Shown: positions 24,375-35,379 of the stretch, one piece after another
Position numbering within the stretch: position 1 is the stretch's first letter
Layout of the letters: every line of letters starts with the position of its first letter
Assembly (NCBI RefSeq): GCF_001194135.2
Contig: NC_069001.1
Location: 14,415,830-14,451,208, forward strand
Reading direction: 5' to 3'
Origin: Octopus bimaculoides
Taxonomy: Eukaryota
DNA length: 35,379 nt
The notes under the pieces: model-generated
What the model was told of the DNA's origin: nothing
Seen by the model: only the letters and a program-made list of their open reading frames with translations
The model's database searches: none
Position numbers and translations under genes: made by a program

Positions 24375-24523
24375 CACACATAGATTATACGACGGGTTTC
24401 TTTCAGTTTCTGTCTACCAAATCCACACACAAGGCTTGGATCAGCTTGTTGCTATAGTAGAAGACATTTGCCCAAAGTGTTACGCAATGGGAGTGAACCC
24501 GGAACCATGTAGTTCGGAAGCAA
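24124..24523 (-). mobile_element. SINE family A, near full-length, with internal (CG)/(CA)n microsatellite
   Basis: Head portion 24386-24523 matches 1937-2075; tail portion 24124-24165 matches 510-555; microsatellite at 24330-24380 lies between them. Confidence 0.8.
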
Positions 24524-24827
24524 CACACACAGTCATATATATAAAGACAGAACAAGGATCCTACCCATTTCGAGTGCTAGAAAAAAACGATAACTGAAGC
24601 AGCCCTTCTTTTTCGAAGCCACCCACATGCACAGATTTTTTCCCCATATAACTGTACTTCTGCATTATCACCAACATTATTACAATCCCACGACCACATT
24701 ATCAGTATCAGCATAAGTCACAACTGCCCGCATTATCACAACCCCATTCTAACCTTACCGCATTACTATAAGTCACCTCTATCAATATTATCATACTATA
24801 GCTGCAAACACACACCAATATTATTAT

Positions 24828-25090
24828 GGTACAAACTGGCACTCCGTCGGTTACTACGACAAAGGTTCCGGCTGATCCGATCAACGGAACAGCTTGCACG
24901 TGGCTAAGCACTACACAGTCATGCATACTCTTAACGTAGTTCTCAGGGAGATTCAGCGTGACACAGATTGGGGCAAGGGTGACCCTTTGAAATACAGGTA
25001 ACATTCTTTTCTGTCAGCTGAAATAAAGTGACTTGTTCAAGGACACAAGGCGCCACCAGGGATCAAACTCACGACCATACGACCAAACTT
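24828..25090 (-). mobile_element. SINE family D copy
   Basis: Shares its tail with 14011-14190; core aaataaagtgacttgttcaaggacac and B-box-like gatcaaactc correspond to the reverse complement of 33710-33760. Confidence 0.8.
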
Positions 25091-25476
25091 ACGGCCATAT
25101 TCTAACATCTAAGCTACGCGCCTTCATTATAGTATATAACAACCCACATTATTATAGAAGCACATCAATGCCACGACATCCCTATGACTCAGCTCTTCCT
25201 ACATTATCACAGCATGACAAGCTTATTTAGCTTTATCATATTTCAATAGCACCAACATTATTGAAATCACCATTGAAATGTACCAACATCATTATATGCT
25301 ATTAACAGCAACATTATCACAGGAGCACATCGACACCTCCACTAATATTATTTTGGTTCCCTGCTACCAATATTATCATAGAAGCATCTGAACACCTCTG
25401 ACATCTTTATAAGTCACCGATACCACCGTTACCAAAACAAAAAAAAAAAAGCTATACCAACACCACCTACGTCACA

Positions 25477-25669
25477 CAACACTACTTAAGCAACATCATT
25501 ATCATTATAAGTCAGACCTAGCAACATTATCACAACACTAGCAACATTATCACAACACTAGCAACATTATCACAACACTAGCAACATTATCACAACACTA
25601 GTAACATTATCACAACACTGCTTTAGGAACGTCATCATCATTATAAGTCAGACCTAGCAACATTATCAC
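25477..25669. repeat. 20-bp minisatellite (ctagcaacattatcacaaca x5) inside a 136-bp-period duplication
   Basis: Units at 25518-25617; the 57-bp segment at 25477-25533 recurs at 25613-25669. Confidence 0.9.
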
Positions 25670-26199
25670 GATATTATTTTGCGGCTCAACACTAACTTAA
25701 TGCAGCCAACATTATCACAGTACTGGTGAGGCACACCAACATCACTATGACTCGTGGTACCAACGTTATCATTATCGTGGTACCAGCATTATCCTTATCA
25801 AAGCCTCTATGAATAAGTTCCAACTGCAATTACAGTAATGAAACTACAACACCACCACCACCAAAAACAACAACAACAACAACAGCTACAAACCTACAAT
25901 CAACATTATCATCACCAACGGGGTCAAGGACATTTCCAACTGAAACTACACTAACAACAACACCAACGACGACGCTGACGGTATCAAAAGTGGAGGGAAC
26001 CACTAGATGGTCATCCAACTTGCTAAAAGTAGCAGTGAGTGGCGTGTAAATTACACTCTGCTATTTTTTTTTTTAAGGAAGGTGGGACATATTTGATGCG
26101 CCATACCTAGATACATAATGTCTGTCTGAAAAATTGACGGGATAATCTCAACTTATACCGACAGATTTTGTAATGAGTATGCTGAATCAGGATTGACCT

Positions 26200-26430
26200 G
26201 AGAGTAAACAATAACGACAAGAACAACAACAACAGCAACAACAACAAAGCTACTACAACTACGACAACGACACCAGTACACAGTACTAACAAGAAGAGTT
26301 AAGACCAGCAAAACACGCACCACCACTTACTACTAAAATAACCGAAGACCAAAAGCCAAAAACAAAACAAAAACAAAAACAAACAAATACAACAACAACA
26401 ACAACAACAAAACTAGAAAACAATAACAAA
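26200..26430. repeat. (AAC)-rich low-complexity tract
   Basis: Directly visible. Confidence 0.85.
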
Positions 26431-27154
26431 GAAAAAAGGCCAGAAGTTGACAGAAGCAAATTCACCATATTCAGAATCATTTGAAATATTATAACAAAGT
26501 GGTACGGGATTGTAATTGGTTCACATTACACGAGAAATTGAGAGATTTAGTCTGTTATTATCGACAAAGTCACATGATCGAATGAGTAGAGTATATATGT
26601 TTAAACTGAGGAGGCGTCGTCGAGGGTGACCAACTGGCGGTGGTGTTGATGGTTCTGGTGGTGGTGGTGGTTCTGGTGGTGGTGAGTAAATTTTTCTTGT
26701 AATGAAAGAAAATAAAGCAACATAAACTGCAAATCCGCAGAAAAAAAAAACAAAGACAGTCACACGAAAAAAAGAAAACGAAACAGAAGACACGTCGTAT
26801 TTACGCATATGATAAATAAAACCTCTTTTACTCTTCTTTCGCCNNNNNNNNNNNNNNNNNNNNNNNNNNNNNNNNNNNNNNNNNNNNNNNNNNNNNNNNN
26901 NNNNNNNNNNNNNNNNNNNNNNNNNNNNNNNNNNNNNNNNNNNNNNNNNNNNNNNNNNNNNNNNNNNNNNNNNNNNNNNNNNNNNNNNNNNNNNNNNNNN
27001 NNNNNNNNNNNNNNNNNNNNNNNNNNNNNNNNNNNNNNNNNNACCATCGCTGGCGTACCCACCATCACCACTACTACCACCAACTCCATCAGTACCAGTA
27101 CCACCGCTATCAGTGCCACCACTACCATCACGAATGCCCTCAATACCTGCACCA

Positions 27155-27193
<39 letters not shown>

Positions 27194-27284
27194 ACGCGCG
27201 CGCGCACACACACACACACATTGCCATCCATCTTGTTAAGATTCAGAAGCAATTTCTTTCAAACTATATTCAACATTTTGACCC

Positions 27285-27325
<41 letters not shown>

Positions 27326-27346
27326 ACCACCATAAATAGGCATACA

Positions 27347-27377
<31 letters not shown>

Positions 27378-29074
27378 CTCACGCATGTATAAATTTGTAG
27401 TGCAATACATGGGTTCAGAGAACTGTGATAATCACAGAAAGCTCCTCTGGTGAACCCGGCTACCATACCACATAGTAATCCAATGCGGAGGAGTATAATA
27501 CAGAGTTCCAAGCAGCTGAAATCCAGTAGATTCAATCGATGAAATTATTTAATGAAGAATATGTAGATCATAAAAAGCCAGGAAGTATGCTAAATGAGTA
27601 TATTTATATAACCACTTGATATCCGTAGGATAACGGCCGTTTCGCAGCCTTCATCATGTAATAAATTATTTCACATGCCTGCATCAATATGCATGCTGCA
27701 CATTGCACAGTACTACAGTTCGTTTACAGATCAATGCATGTATACGAGCTTAGCTCTTCCGATCAATAAAACATCCTGGTTACACCAATGCTTCAGCTTT
27801 AAGGTGAAGCAACTTCCGTTCTATCTTTTCTTCTCTTCTCTTTCTTTTTCCAGTCCCATAAAACATCAGTTTCCATTACATTACTTATACACACATCTTT
27901 TCTTACCCCTGTCTCAGATCTTACGTCCTTGATTTTGTTTCTACATTGTAGAAATCGTATTTTCCTTGTATGAATCGTATTTTCCTCGTTTTACACATTT
28001 ATCGTAGATACTCAGTACTTTTTCTTCTTTTGCTTGTACATTTTGAATTGATAAATATGGGAAATTTAATATCTATGACCATAAAAAAGATGCTTCTTTC
28101 GAAATTTCCTTAGTTCTTTCTTTCTTTATTTGATGGTACCTCCAAGGAACAGGTAGCGACCGACAATGTGAAGTTTTATTGGTATTCTGCAGTTGTTTTT
28201 CCAAAAAATGCTCTTCTAGAGGAACAGGTCTTCTCTTCCTAAGTGAGTCTTGAAATTGCACGAGATTCTTCGTCCAGATTTTTTTGTTTCTTTGAGTGAC
28301 ACAAGCACTTCTCTTATGAGACTTTATTTTAGATACTCTAGTTGGATCAGCCTACTATTCTGAAAAACAGTTAATATAGTCAGAGTTTTTAGCGTCACAA
28401 AAATAAAAAGGAGAGGAAGGCGATATTTCCTAAAGTAGGGCCTAAGGGGTAACAAATTAAAAATTCTATTACACCTAAACTACTTAAATTTGAAAGCTGA
28501 AATTTGAGATATACTGCTTCTGCATTGCATTGAGTCAGCACACTAAGTTTAGTAAAACCTTGAGTAGGCATTATGAACCCCACCTCCCTAAAATCTTGCA
28601 TGATTTGGGTCAAAAGTGGTGTTAGATTTCTTCAGTTAGGGGTGACATTTTTGAAATAAAACTAAAAATAAAGGTTATTTTTCCTATTTATATAAAATTG
28701 TTCATCGACTTTTAATACAAGAAATTATTTACTTTCAAAAAATCAAAAAGTCATAACCCTATATATATATATTAATATTTAGCAAGAGAGCAGAAATAAC
28801 AGATTGACTCAAGGGCCGAGAGTTTCATGCGTTGGCATTGGTCAGTGCCAACTTNNNNNNNNNNNNNNNNNNNNNNNNNNNNNNNNNNNNNNNNNNNNNN
28901 NNNNNNNNNNNNNNNNNNNNNNNNNNNNNNNNNNNNNNNNNNNNNNNNNNNNNNNNNNNNNNNNNNNNNNNNNNNNNNNNNNNNNNNNNNNNNNNNNNNN
29001 NNNNNNNNNNNNNNNNNNNNNNNNNNNNNNNNNNNNNNNNNNNNNNNNNNNNNNNNNNNNNNNNNNNNNNNNNN

Positions 29075-29113
<39 letters not shown>

Positions 29114-29305
29114 GAGAGAAAGAAAGTGAGAGAGATAGAGACAGAGATAGAAATATATACAAATATATTAATACTTCTGATATCCATTTTCCTTGGATAG
29201 AACCTCCTAGCCGTTCGATGTTTAAAAGATCGTATTATATTTTTATAATTAAATACTAAGAAAAGTATATACATACATAAATACGTACATACATACGTAC
29301 ATACA

Positions 29306-29339
<34 letters not shown>

Positions 29340-29560
29340 AATACATACAAACATAGATACGTACGTACATACATACATACATACGTACATACATACGTAC
29401 CTGCGTACATACATACATACATATATGCATACATACATACATACATACATACTTACGTACATACTTACGTACATACTTACGTACCTGCGTACATACATAC
29501 ATACATACACACACAAGCACACACACACCCAGGCAATCACACACACACACACATACACAT
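29075..29560. repeat. (GA)n and (TACA/TACG)n tracts
   Basis: Directly visible. Confidence 0.92.
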
Positions 29561-30261
29561 GCAACAAAATATCAAACAAACAAACGCACCCTCTATAAGG
29601 GACAAATTCGATAGTCACTGAGAAGTTTGCAAACCACCCGCCACCAAAAAAATACAACAACGAAAGAGCTTTGTCAAAAACAAAAAAAAAACTGGATATT
29701 TAATAAATGAGTGGAATTGCATCAGTGTGTGTATTAATTATATTGGCATGACGACCCACCCTCGTCACAACAAAATATGTAAAAAAAACTGCTTCGTGAA
29801 ATGTAGAAGAATACCAAATGTATTGCAGATAAAGTTTGAACAACCAAAATCTTATATGGACCACCAAGTGCACAATGGAACCGAGTTGCGAACCATTAAT
29901 ATAGATGCTCCACCAATTGGCTGGATATATTGTCAAGTATGTAGTATGGGCGTCCCAAATATAAAACTCCACGACAACAGCTGCAGCGGCAGCAATAAAA
30001 GCAGTGAGGAGAAACTGCAGCTTCAGTTGCTGCTGCTGCTGTACTTAAACTGTGCTAATAATGGTGCACTCACCACCTTTCTGTTTTTTTTTTGTTTTTG
30101 CTTTTGTTTTTGTTACTTCTCGGCTCTTCTGATAACCAGACTCACCCCCTACCACCTCCTAAATTAATTCTTTTAGACGTGATTAACACATTAATTTTTT
30201 TGTTTTTTTAAGTTGGTGTGAAAATAGCGTTTGTTTTTCTCTTTACACCAGGCTCACTGGT

Positions 30262-30275
30262 TAGTAGTAGTAGTG

Positions 30276-30324
<49 letters not shown>

Positions 30325-30533
30325 CAATAACAGTAATAGTGATGGGGGTGGGGGTGTTGGTGGTTAATTTGGGTGTCGGTTAATAATGGTTGTAATACAT
30401 AATACGAAATAATGTGTATGCGTGTGAATATGAATAAGTACATGTCTATATATGTATACATGTATGCTTACATTTATGTATGTTATGTGTATGTATATAT
30501 ATCTATAAATGTTTATGTATGTGTATGTGTGTG

Positions 30534-30569
<36 letters not shown>

Positions 30570-31020
30570 CATATATACATACACATATATACATATACAC
30601 ACACACACACACACTCACTCATACACCACACATATGCATAGGCATGTATCTATATATATATATATATGTACGTATGTGAAAGTGGTTGTGTACATATACA
30701 TATACATGTATATGTATATATATATATATATATATATNNNNNNNNNNNNNNNNNNNNNNNNNNNNNNNNNNNNNNNNNNNNNNNNNNNNNNNNNNNNNNN
30801 NNNNNNNNNNNNNNNNNNNNNNNNNNNNNNNNNNNNNNNNNNNNNNNNNNNNNNNNNNNNNNNNNNNNNNNNNNNNNNNNNNNNNNNNNNNNNNNNNNNN
30901 NNNNNNNNNNNNNNNNNNNNNNNNNNNNNNNNNNNNNNNNNNNNNNNNNNNNNNNNNNNNNNNNNNNNNNNNNNNNNNNNNNNNNGAGAGAGAGAGAGAG
31001 AGAGAGAGTGAGAGAGAGAG
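30262..31020. repeat. (AGT)n, (TA/TG)n and (GA)n tracts around gap 30738-30985
   Basis: Directly visible. Confidence 0.9.
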
Positions 31021-31247
31021 AGGCTGGAGTGAAACACTGTCGATGGCCTAATGGAAGTGCGTGGGTCGTTGGTAGGTGGTTAGCATCTCTGATTACTACG
31101 GGGAAAATTGGACAAACTGTAGAGACAGACTGTCGAACTATGAGAGAACTTGAAACAAAAACACATCAAATAAAGAAAAAAGGAAAAAAGAGCCACCCAA
31201 GAAAATAGCTAAACAACAAAACGTTGTTATCGTCTGCTCAAACATAG

Positions 31248-31470
31248 CGTTGTTTGATAAACCCAACATAATGTAATATGGTGTTTATGACTTATTTAGG
31301 TGTAGTTTCGTTAAGAAATTGTTTGATAGATTTAATATAATGAAACATGGTGGTTGTGCTTTGCTCAGAAGAGTGTTTGCTTGCAAATTGTTTGATAGAT
31401 ATAACACAACCAAATGTGGTGTTTAGGTTTGGGTTAAAAGTAGTTTTCATAATGAATTGTTTGATATATT
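31248..31470. repeat. Degenerate 69-bp tandem repeat (~3.2 units)
   Basis: ttgtttgata at 31250, 31319, 31388 and 31457; the intervening segments align with each other. Confidence 0.7.
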
Positions 31471-31705
31471 TCGTTTTATACTCCATTTTATATTTCGTTT
31501 GCAAGAATCTTGATATGAACTCGTGTATTGAAACATATTTTGTTGTACTCCAGGAGAGTCATTATGTCGATAATAAACACATGCACTGGTTAAGCAGACT
31601 TGGAGTTGTGCGGATATATCATTGATGAGGTTGCAAGTCCATACTTGTAAAGTGTCCAATGGACAATCCTTGCTATATTGTCATGATATTATTATTATTA
31701 TTATT

Positions 31706-32047
31706 GTTCAGTAGTTTTATTTTTATAACGTGCTTTCACTTCACTACCGAGCGCAGCTCTGTGCGCCTTGGGTATGTGCCGTGGTTTGCTGTGATGCTCT
31801 TATGGTTACTGTATTGAAAGTGTTTTGCGTAGGATATGTGCAGTGCCCAGTAGTGCAATTTTCTGTATGTTACATATATTTGTAAGTCCTGGTGTTTTTG
31901 TTATGTATTTGTCTGAATATTTTTTTTATTATACCTAAGGCACCTACTATGATAGGAATTGTTTCTGTTTTTAGATTCCACATTCGAGTTACCTCTATTT
32001 CCAGGTCTTTGTATTTTGAAAGTTTTTCCATTTCTTTCAGGGAAACG
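31706..32047 (-). mobile_element. 5'-truncated RLE non-LTR retrotransposon with (AAT)n on both flanks
   Basis: VSLKEMEKLSKYKDLEIEVTRMWNLKTETIPIIVGALGIIKK [poly-A frameshift] YSDKYITKTPGLTNICNIQKIALLGTAHILRKTLSIQ*, then 3' UTR and (AAT)n at 31687-31705. Confidence 0.9.
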
Positions 32048-32070
32048 TTATTATTATTATTATTATTATT

Positions 32071-32460
32071 AGTACTATTAGACGTCGCACAGTATACACT
32101 ATCGTGAGGTTGTTGATAGAAGATATTGGTACTGTTTGTCAAGTCACAACAAGGATCCCAGACAGACAGTACTTTTCGCAATATGCGTGCAGTTCCAAGT
32201 AATGCCGACTTTTGCAATACATCTAGATTGTAGGGTACTTCTAAAGCTTTCAGATGTTTTTTTTTTTCAGATTGGGTGGTATTGAACCCAATGCTCTGAT
32301 GACAACAGGGATAACCTTTATATTTGACTCTCATAGCTGCCACATCTTAGCGATCTCAATTCTCAGGTCTCCATATTTATCAATCTTCTCTCTTTCTTTC
32401 ATGATGATATGTTGATCTCTTGGCACTGCCATGTCAATTATCAGGCACTCGTGTTTGTCC

Positions 32461-32463
<3 letters not shown>
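32071..32463 (-). mobile_element. A different 5'-truncated RLE non-LTR retrotransposon family with (AAT)n on both flanks
   Basis: RDKHECLIIDMAVPRDQHIIMKEREKIDKYGDLRIEIAKMWQL*ESNIKVIPVVIRALGSIPPNLKK [frameshift] HLKALEVPYNLDVLQKSALLGTARILRKVLSV, then 3' UTR and AAT tail at 32048-32070. Confidence 0.9.
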
Positions 32464-32517
<54 letters not shown>

Positions 32518-32523
32518 TCCAGC

Positions 32524-32643
32524 GGCCGACTTTACCTTTGATCTTATCGGGGTGGATAAAATAAATATCTGTTGAGTCCTGAGATTGATGTAATCGACTT
32601 AAACCTTCACACGAAATTGCTGATCTTGTGTCAAAATTTGAAA
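32524..32643 (+). mobile_element. SINE family B 3' half
   Basis: gccgactttacctttgatc...ggataaaataa...gatgtaatcgactt...caaaatttgaaa matches the 9300-9425 copy. Confidence 0.7.
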
Positions 32644-32651
32644 TATATATT

Positions 32652-33067
32652 GAAGGCGGCCTGCTGGCCGAAACGTTAGCACGCCGGCCGAAATGTTTAT
32701 CGGTATTTCGTTTGTCTTTACGTTCAGAGTTCAAATTCCGCCAAGGTCGACTTTGCCTTTCATCATTTCGGGGTCGATAAATTAAGTACCTGTTACGCAC
32801 GATTAATCCCTTTGTCTGTCCTTGTTTGTCCCCTCTATGTTTAGCCCCATGTAGGCAATAAAGAAATAAGAAACGTTAGCACGTTGGGCGAAATGTTTAG
32901 AGGTATTTCGTTTGTCTTTATGTTCGGAGTTCAAATTTCGCCGAGGTCGACTTTGGCTTTTATCCTCTCAGGGTCGATAAATTAAGTACCTGTGAAACAC
33001 TGGGGTCGATATAATCGGCTAGTCCCTTCCCCCAAAATTTCAGGCCTTGTGCCTTTAGTAGAAAGGA
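32652..33067 (+). mobile_element. Dimeric SINE family B element
   Basis: Monomer 1 at 32652-32800, ~70-bp linker, monomer 2 at 32871-33067 ending agtagaaagga plus ATT tail. Confidence 0.85.
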
Positions 33068-33659
33068 TAATTATTATTATTTCCTCCTCCTCCTCCTCCA
33101 CCTCGCCGTCGTCGTCGTTGTCGTCATAATTATTATTATTTTAATTTTATTAATGAAACTATTTAACTTACAATACAAATTATATTAATGAAAACGTGAC
33201 AGTTTTATTATTCCCAAGTTGGATTTTATTGGTCAACGTATTGTTCACGAGAATGTTGCTGTTATTAGTGTTGTTGTTGTTAACTACTGTTGTTGTTGTT
33301 GTTGATGTTAATGTTATTAACCGTGTAAATAATTGTTTTTTTCAGACAATGGCGCATTACAAAATTGTCCCAGGAGGCATAAAAGAGCTACTTTCCAGGC
33401 GATATTCTACACTCCATTAATAACTATAGTTATACTACAATTACGGCACACAAACACAGAATCACACACAACCACACACACACACACACACGTCACGGAT
33501 ACGGACATGTGCACCTCACACACACACACACACACAAACACAAACATATATATGCATACATATGTACACACAGACACACACACATACGTCTGGTAGGAAC
33601 AACTGAATATTTAAAACGCAAAATGTAATACATGAGTCCATATACCTTATTCATGTGAA

Positions 33660-33897
33660 GGTGTGTGTGGCTTGGTGGTTACGTCGCTTAGCTCACAATC
33701 GTAACGTCACGAGTTCGATACTCGGTGGCGCTTTACGTTCTTGAGCAAGACACTTTATTTCTCGTTGCTCTAGTCTACTCAGCCGGAAAAAATCAGTTAT
33801 ACCGGTAATTCAAAGGGCCAGCCTTCTCACATTCTGTCTCATGCCAATCTCCTGAGAACTACGTTAAGGGTGCGCTTGTCTGTGGAGTACTCAGCCA
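33660..33897 (+). mobile_element. SINE family D, 5' part (runs into gap)
   Basis: A-box tggcttggtgg (33668-33678), B-box gagttcgatac (33711-33721), core ttgagcaagacacttta; tail is the reverse complement of 14090-14190. Confidence 0.85.
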
Positions 33898-35379
33898 NNN
33901 NNNNNNNNNNNNNNNNNNNNNNNNNNNNNNNNNNNNNNNNNNNNNNNNNNNNNNNNNNNNNNNNNNNNNNNNNNNNNNNNNNNNNNNNNNNNNNNNNNNN
34001 NNNNNNNNNNNNNNNNNNNNNNNNNNNNNNNNNNNNNNNNNNNNNNNNNNNNNNNNNNNNNNNNNNNNNNNNNNNNNNNNNNNNNNNNNNNNNNNNNNNN
34101 NNNNNNNNNNNNNNNNNNNNNNNNNNNNNNNNNNNNNNNNNNNNNNNNNNNNNNNNNNNNNNNNNNNNNNNNNNNNNNNNNNNNNNNNNNNNNNNNNNNN
34201 NNNNNNNNNNNNNNNNNNNNNNNNNNNNNNNNNNNNNNNNNNNNNNNNNNNNNNNNNNNNNNNNNNNNNNNNNNNNNNNNNNNNNNNNNNNNNNNNNNNN
34301 NNNNNNNNNNNNNNNNNNNNNNNNNNNNNNNNNNNNNNNNNNNNNNNNNNNNNNNNNNNNNNNNNNNNNNNNNNNNNNNNNNNNNNNNNNNNNNNNNNNN
34401 NNNNNNNNNNNNNNNNNNNNNNNNNNNNNNNNNNNNNNNNNNNNNNNNNNNNNNNNNNNNNNNNNNNNNNNNNNNNNNNNNNNNNNNNNNNNNNNNNNNN
34501 NNNNNNNNNNNNNNNNNNNNNNNNNNNNNNNNNNNNNNNNNNNNNNNNNNNNNNNNNNNTCTCTTATATGTAAGTATACATTTTTTCTAAATCTTGTACA
34601 ACTCTATTTCTGTCTATCAGCCCTTTCACCCTTATTCATTCATTCCACTCTTCGTTCTTTCGTTCCCCCTCTCACATTTCCTTACCTTCTCTTCTTGCTC
34701 ACTTTCCCTTCACTGTATCCCTGTCATTTTTTCTTACCCCTGCTTAATTCTTTTGTCCCTCTGCCTCTACCTCTCTCTCTCTTCTCTTCCCAAGTGACCG
34801 GCGTTCGGCCAAGCCTGATCTTCCACGGCATCGATATTCCTCTCTGTGCCTGTGAAACCTTGTATCCCTGCCGTAAGGCTTTATTTCCACACACCAATAT
34901 ATCTATTATTCATGTGATCGACGTATTCTATGCACACACGTGCGCGCACACGCACAAAAGTTTGTTGTACTGTATTCATAGGCTTACGGACAATGAATAA
35001 CAAGAGTAACACGTGATATTAGTTCTGAGTGAATGAGTGTTGATTACTGCCGACATGAAACAATGGGAACCAGACAGTCACAAGAATTTCTAATACCAGG
35101 ACATGTCGCAAGGCTCATAGAGCACAGCTGAACACATGCAATTATCGAACAGTACCCAAGAGATCGGAAAAAGCCACGACGATGAGATGATTTCGTCAAG
35201 CAATTTGGGTCAAGATGGAAAGGAATAACGCAATCAAGACAAAATAGGAAGCACTTTGTGACATGCAGTGTATGACAGAACCGGATGGCTTGGTTGATAC
35301 TGTGATGCAGTGATACGTATGTAGCTATATATAGATATGTATACTTGTGTATGACGTATGTATGTATGTATGTATGTAT

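Noticed and set aside
25518-25617. CRISPR-like appearance of short repeats (also 31250-31466)
   Set aside because: No unique spacers, no cas genes, and a eukaryotic context.
28395-28790. Possible DNA-transposon terminal region
   Set aside because: Only a vague compositional resemblance; no TIR pair or TSD could be identified.
31870-32343. 157-aa ORF with RLE motifs in scrambled order
   Set aside because: Chance read-through from one element's end, across its UTR and AAT tail, into a second element; not a gene.

Overview
Eukaryotic, AT-rich, microsatellite-dense draft-assembly sequence. It has 14 N-gaps totalling about 6.9 kb (~20%), most flanked by simple repeats. The tRNA-headed SINE families and repeat style resemble an octopus/cephalopod genome; this is recalled similarity, not a search result. 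No protein-coding host gene can be confidently called, and nearly all listed ORFs are gap or microsatellite artefacts. The recognisable content is: (i) about 18 full or partial SINE copies from three tRNA-derived families; (ii) four decayed fragments of restriction-like-endonuclease (RLE) non-LTR retrotransposons, R4/Dong-like, three of them with (AAT)n-type tails; (iii) two copies of a non-coding (AAT)n-flanked retroelement; (iv) a Tc1/mariner-type HTH transposase fragment abutting an RLE fragment in frame; (v) a type I hammerhead ribozyme motif of the kind found in Penelope-like elements; (vi) a small MITE-like element and several cryptic tandem repeats. The most notable items are the hammerhead at 5622-5709, the microsatellite-targeted retroelement trains, the HTH-RLE junction, and an internal RLE fragment bounded by 23-bp direct repeats.
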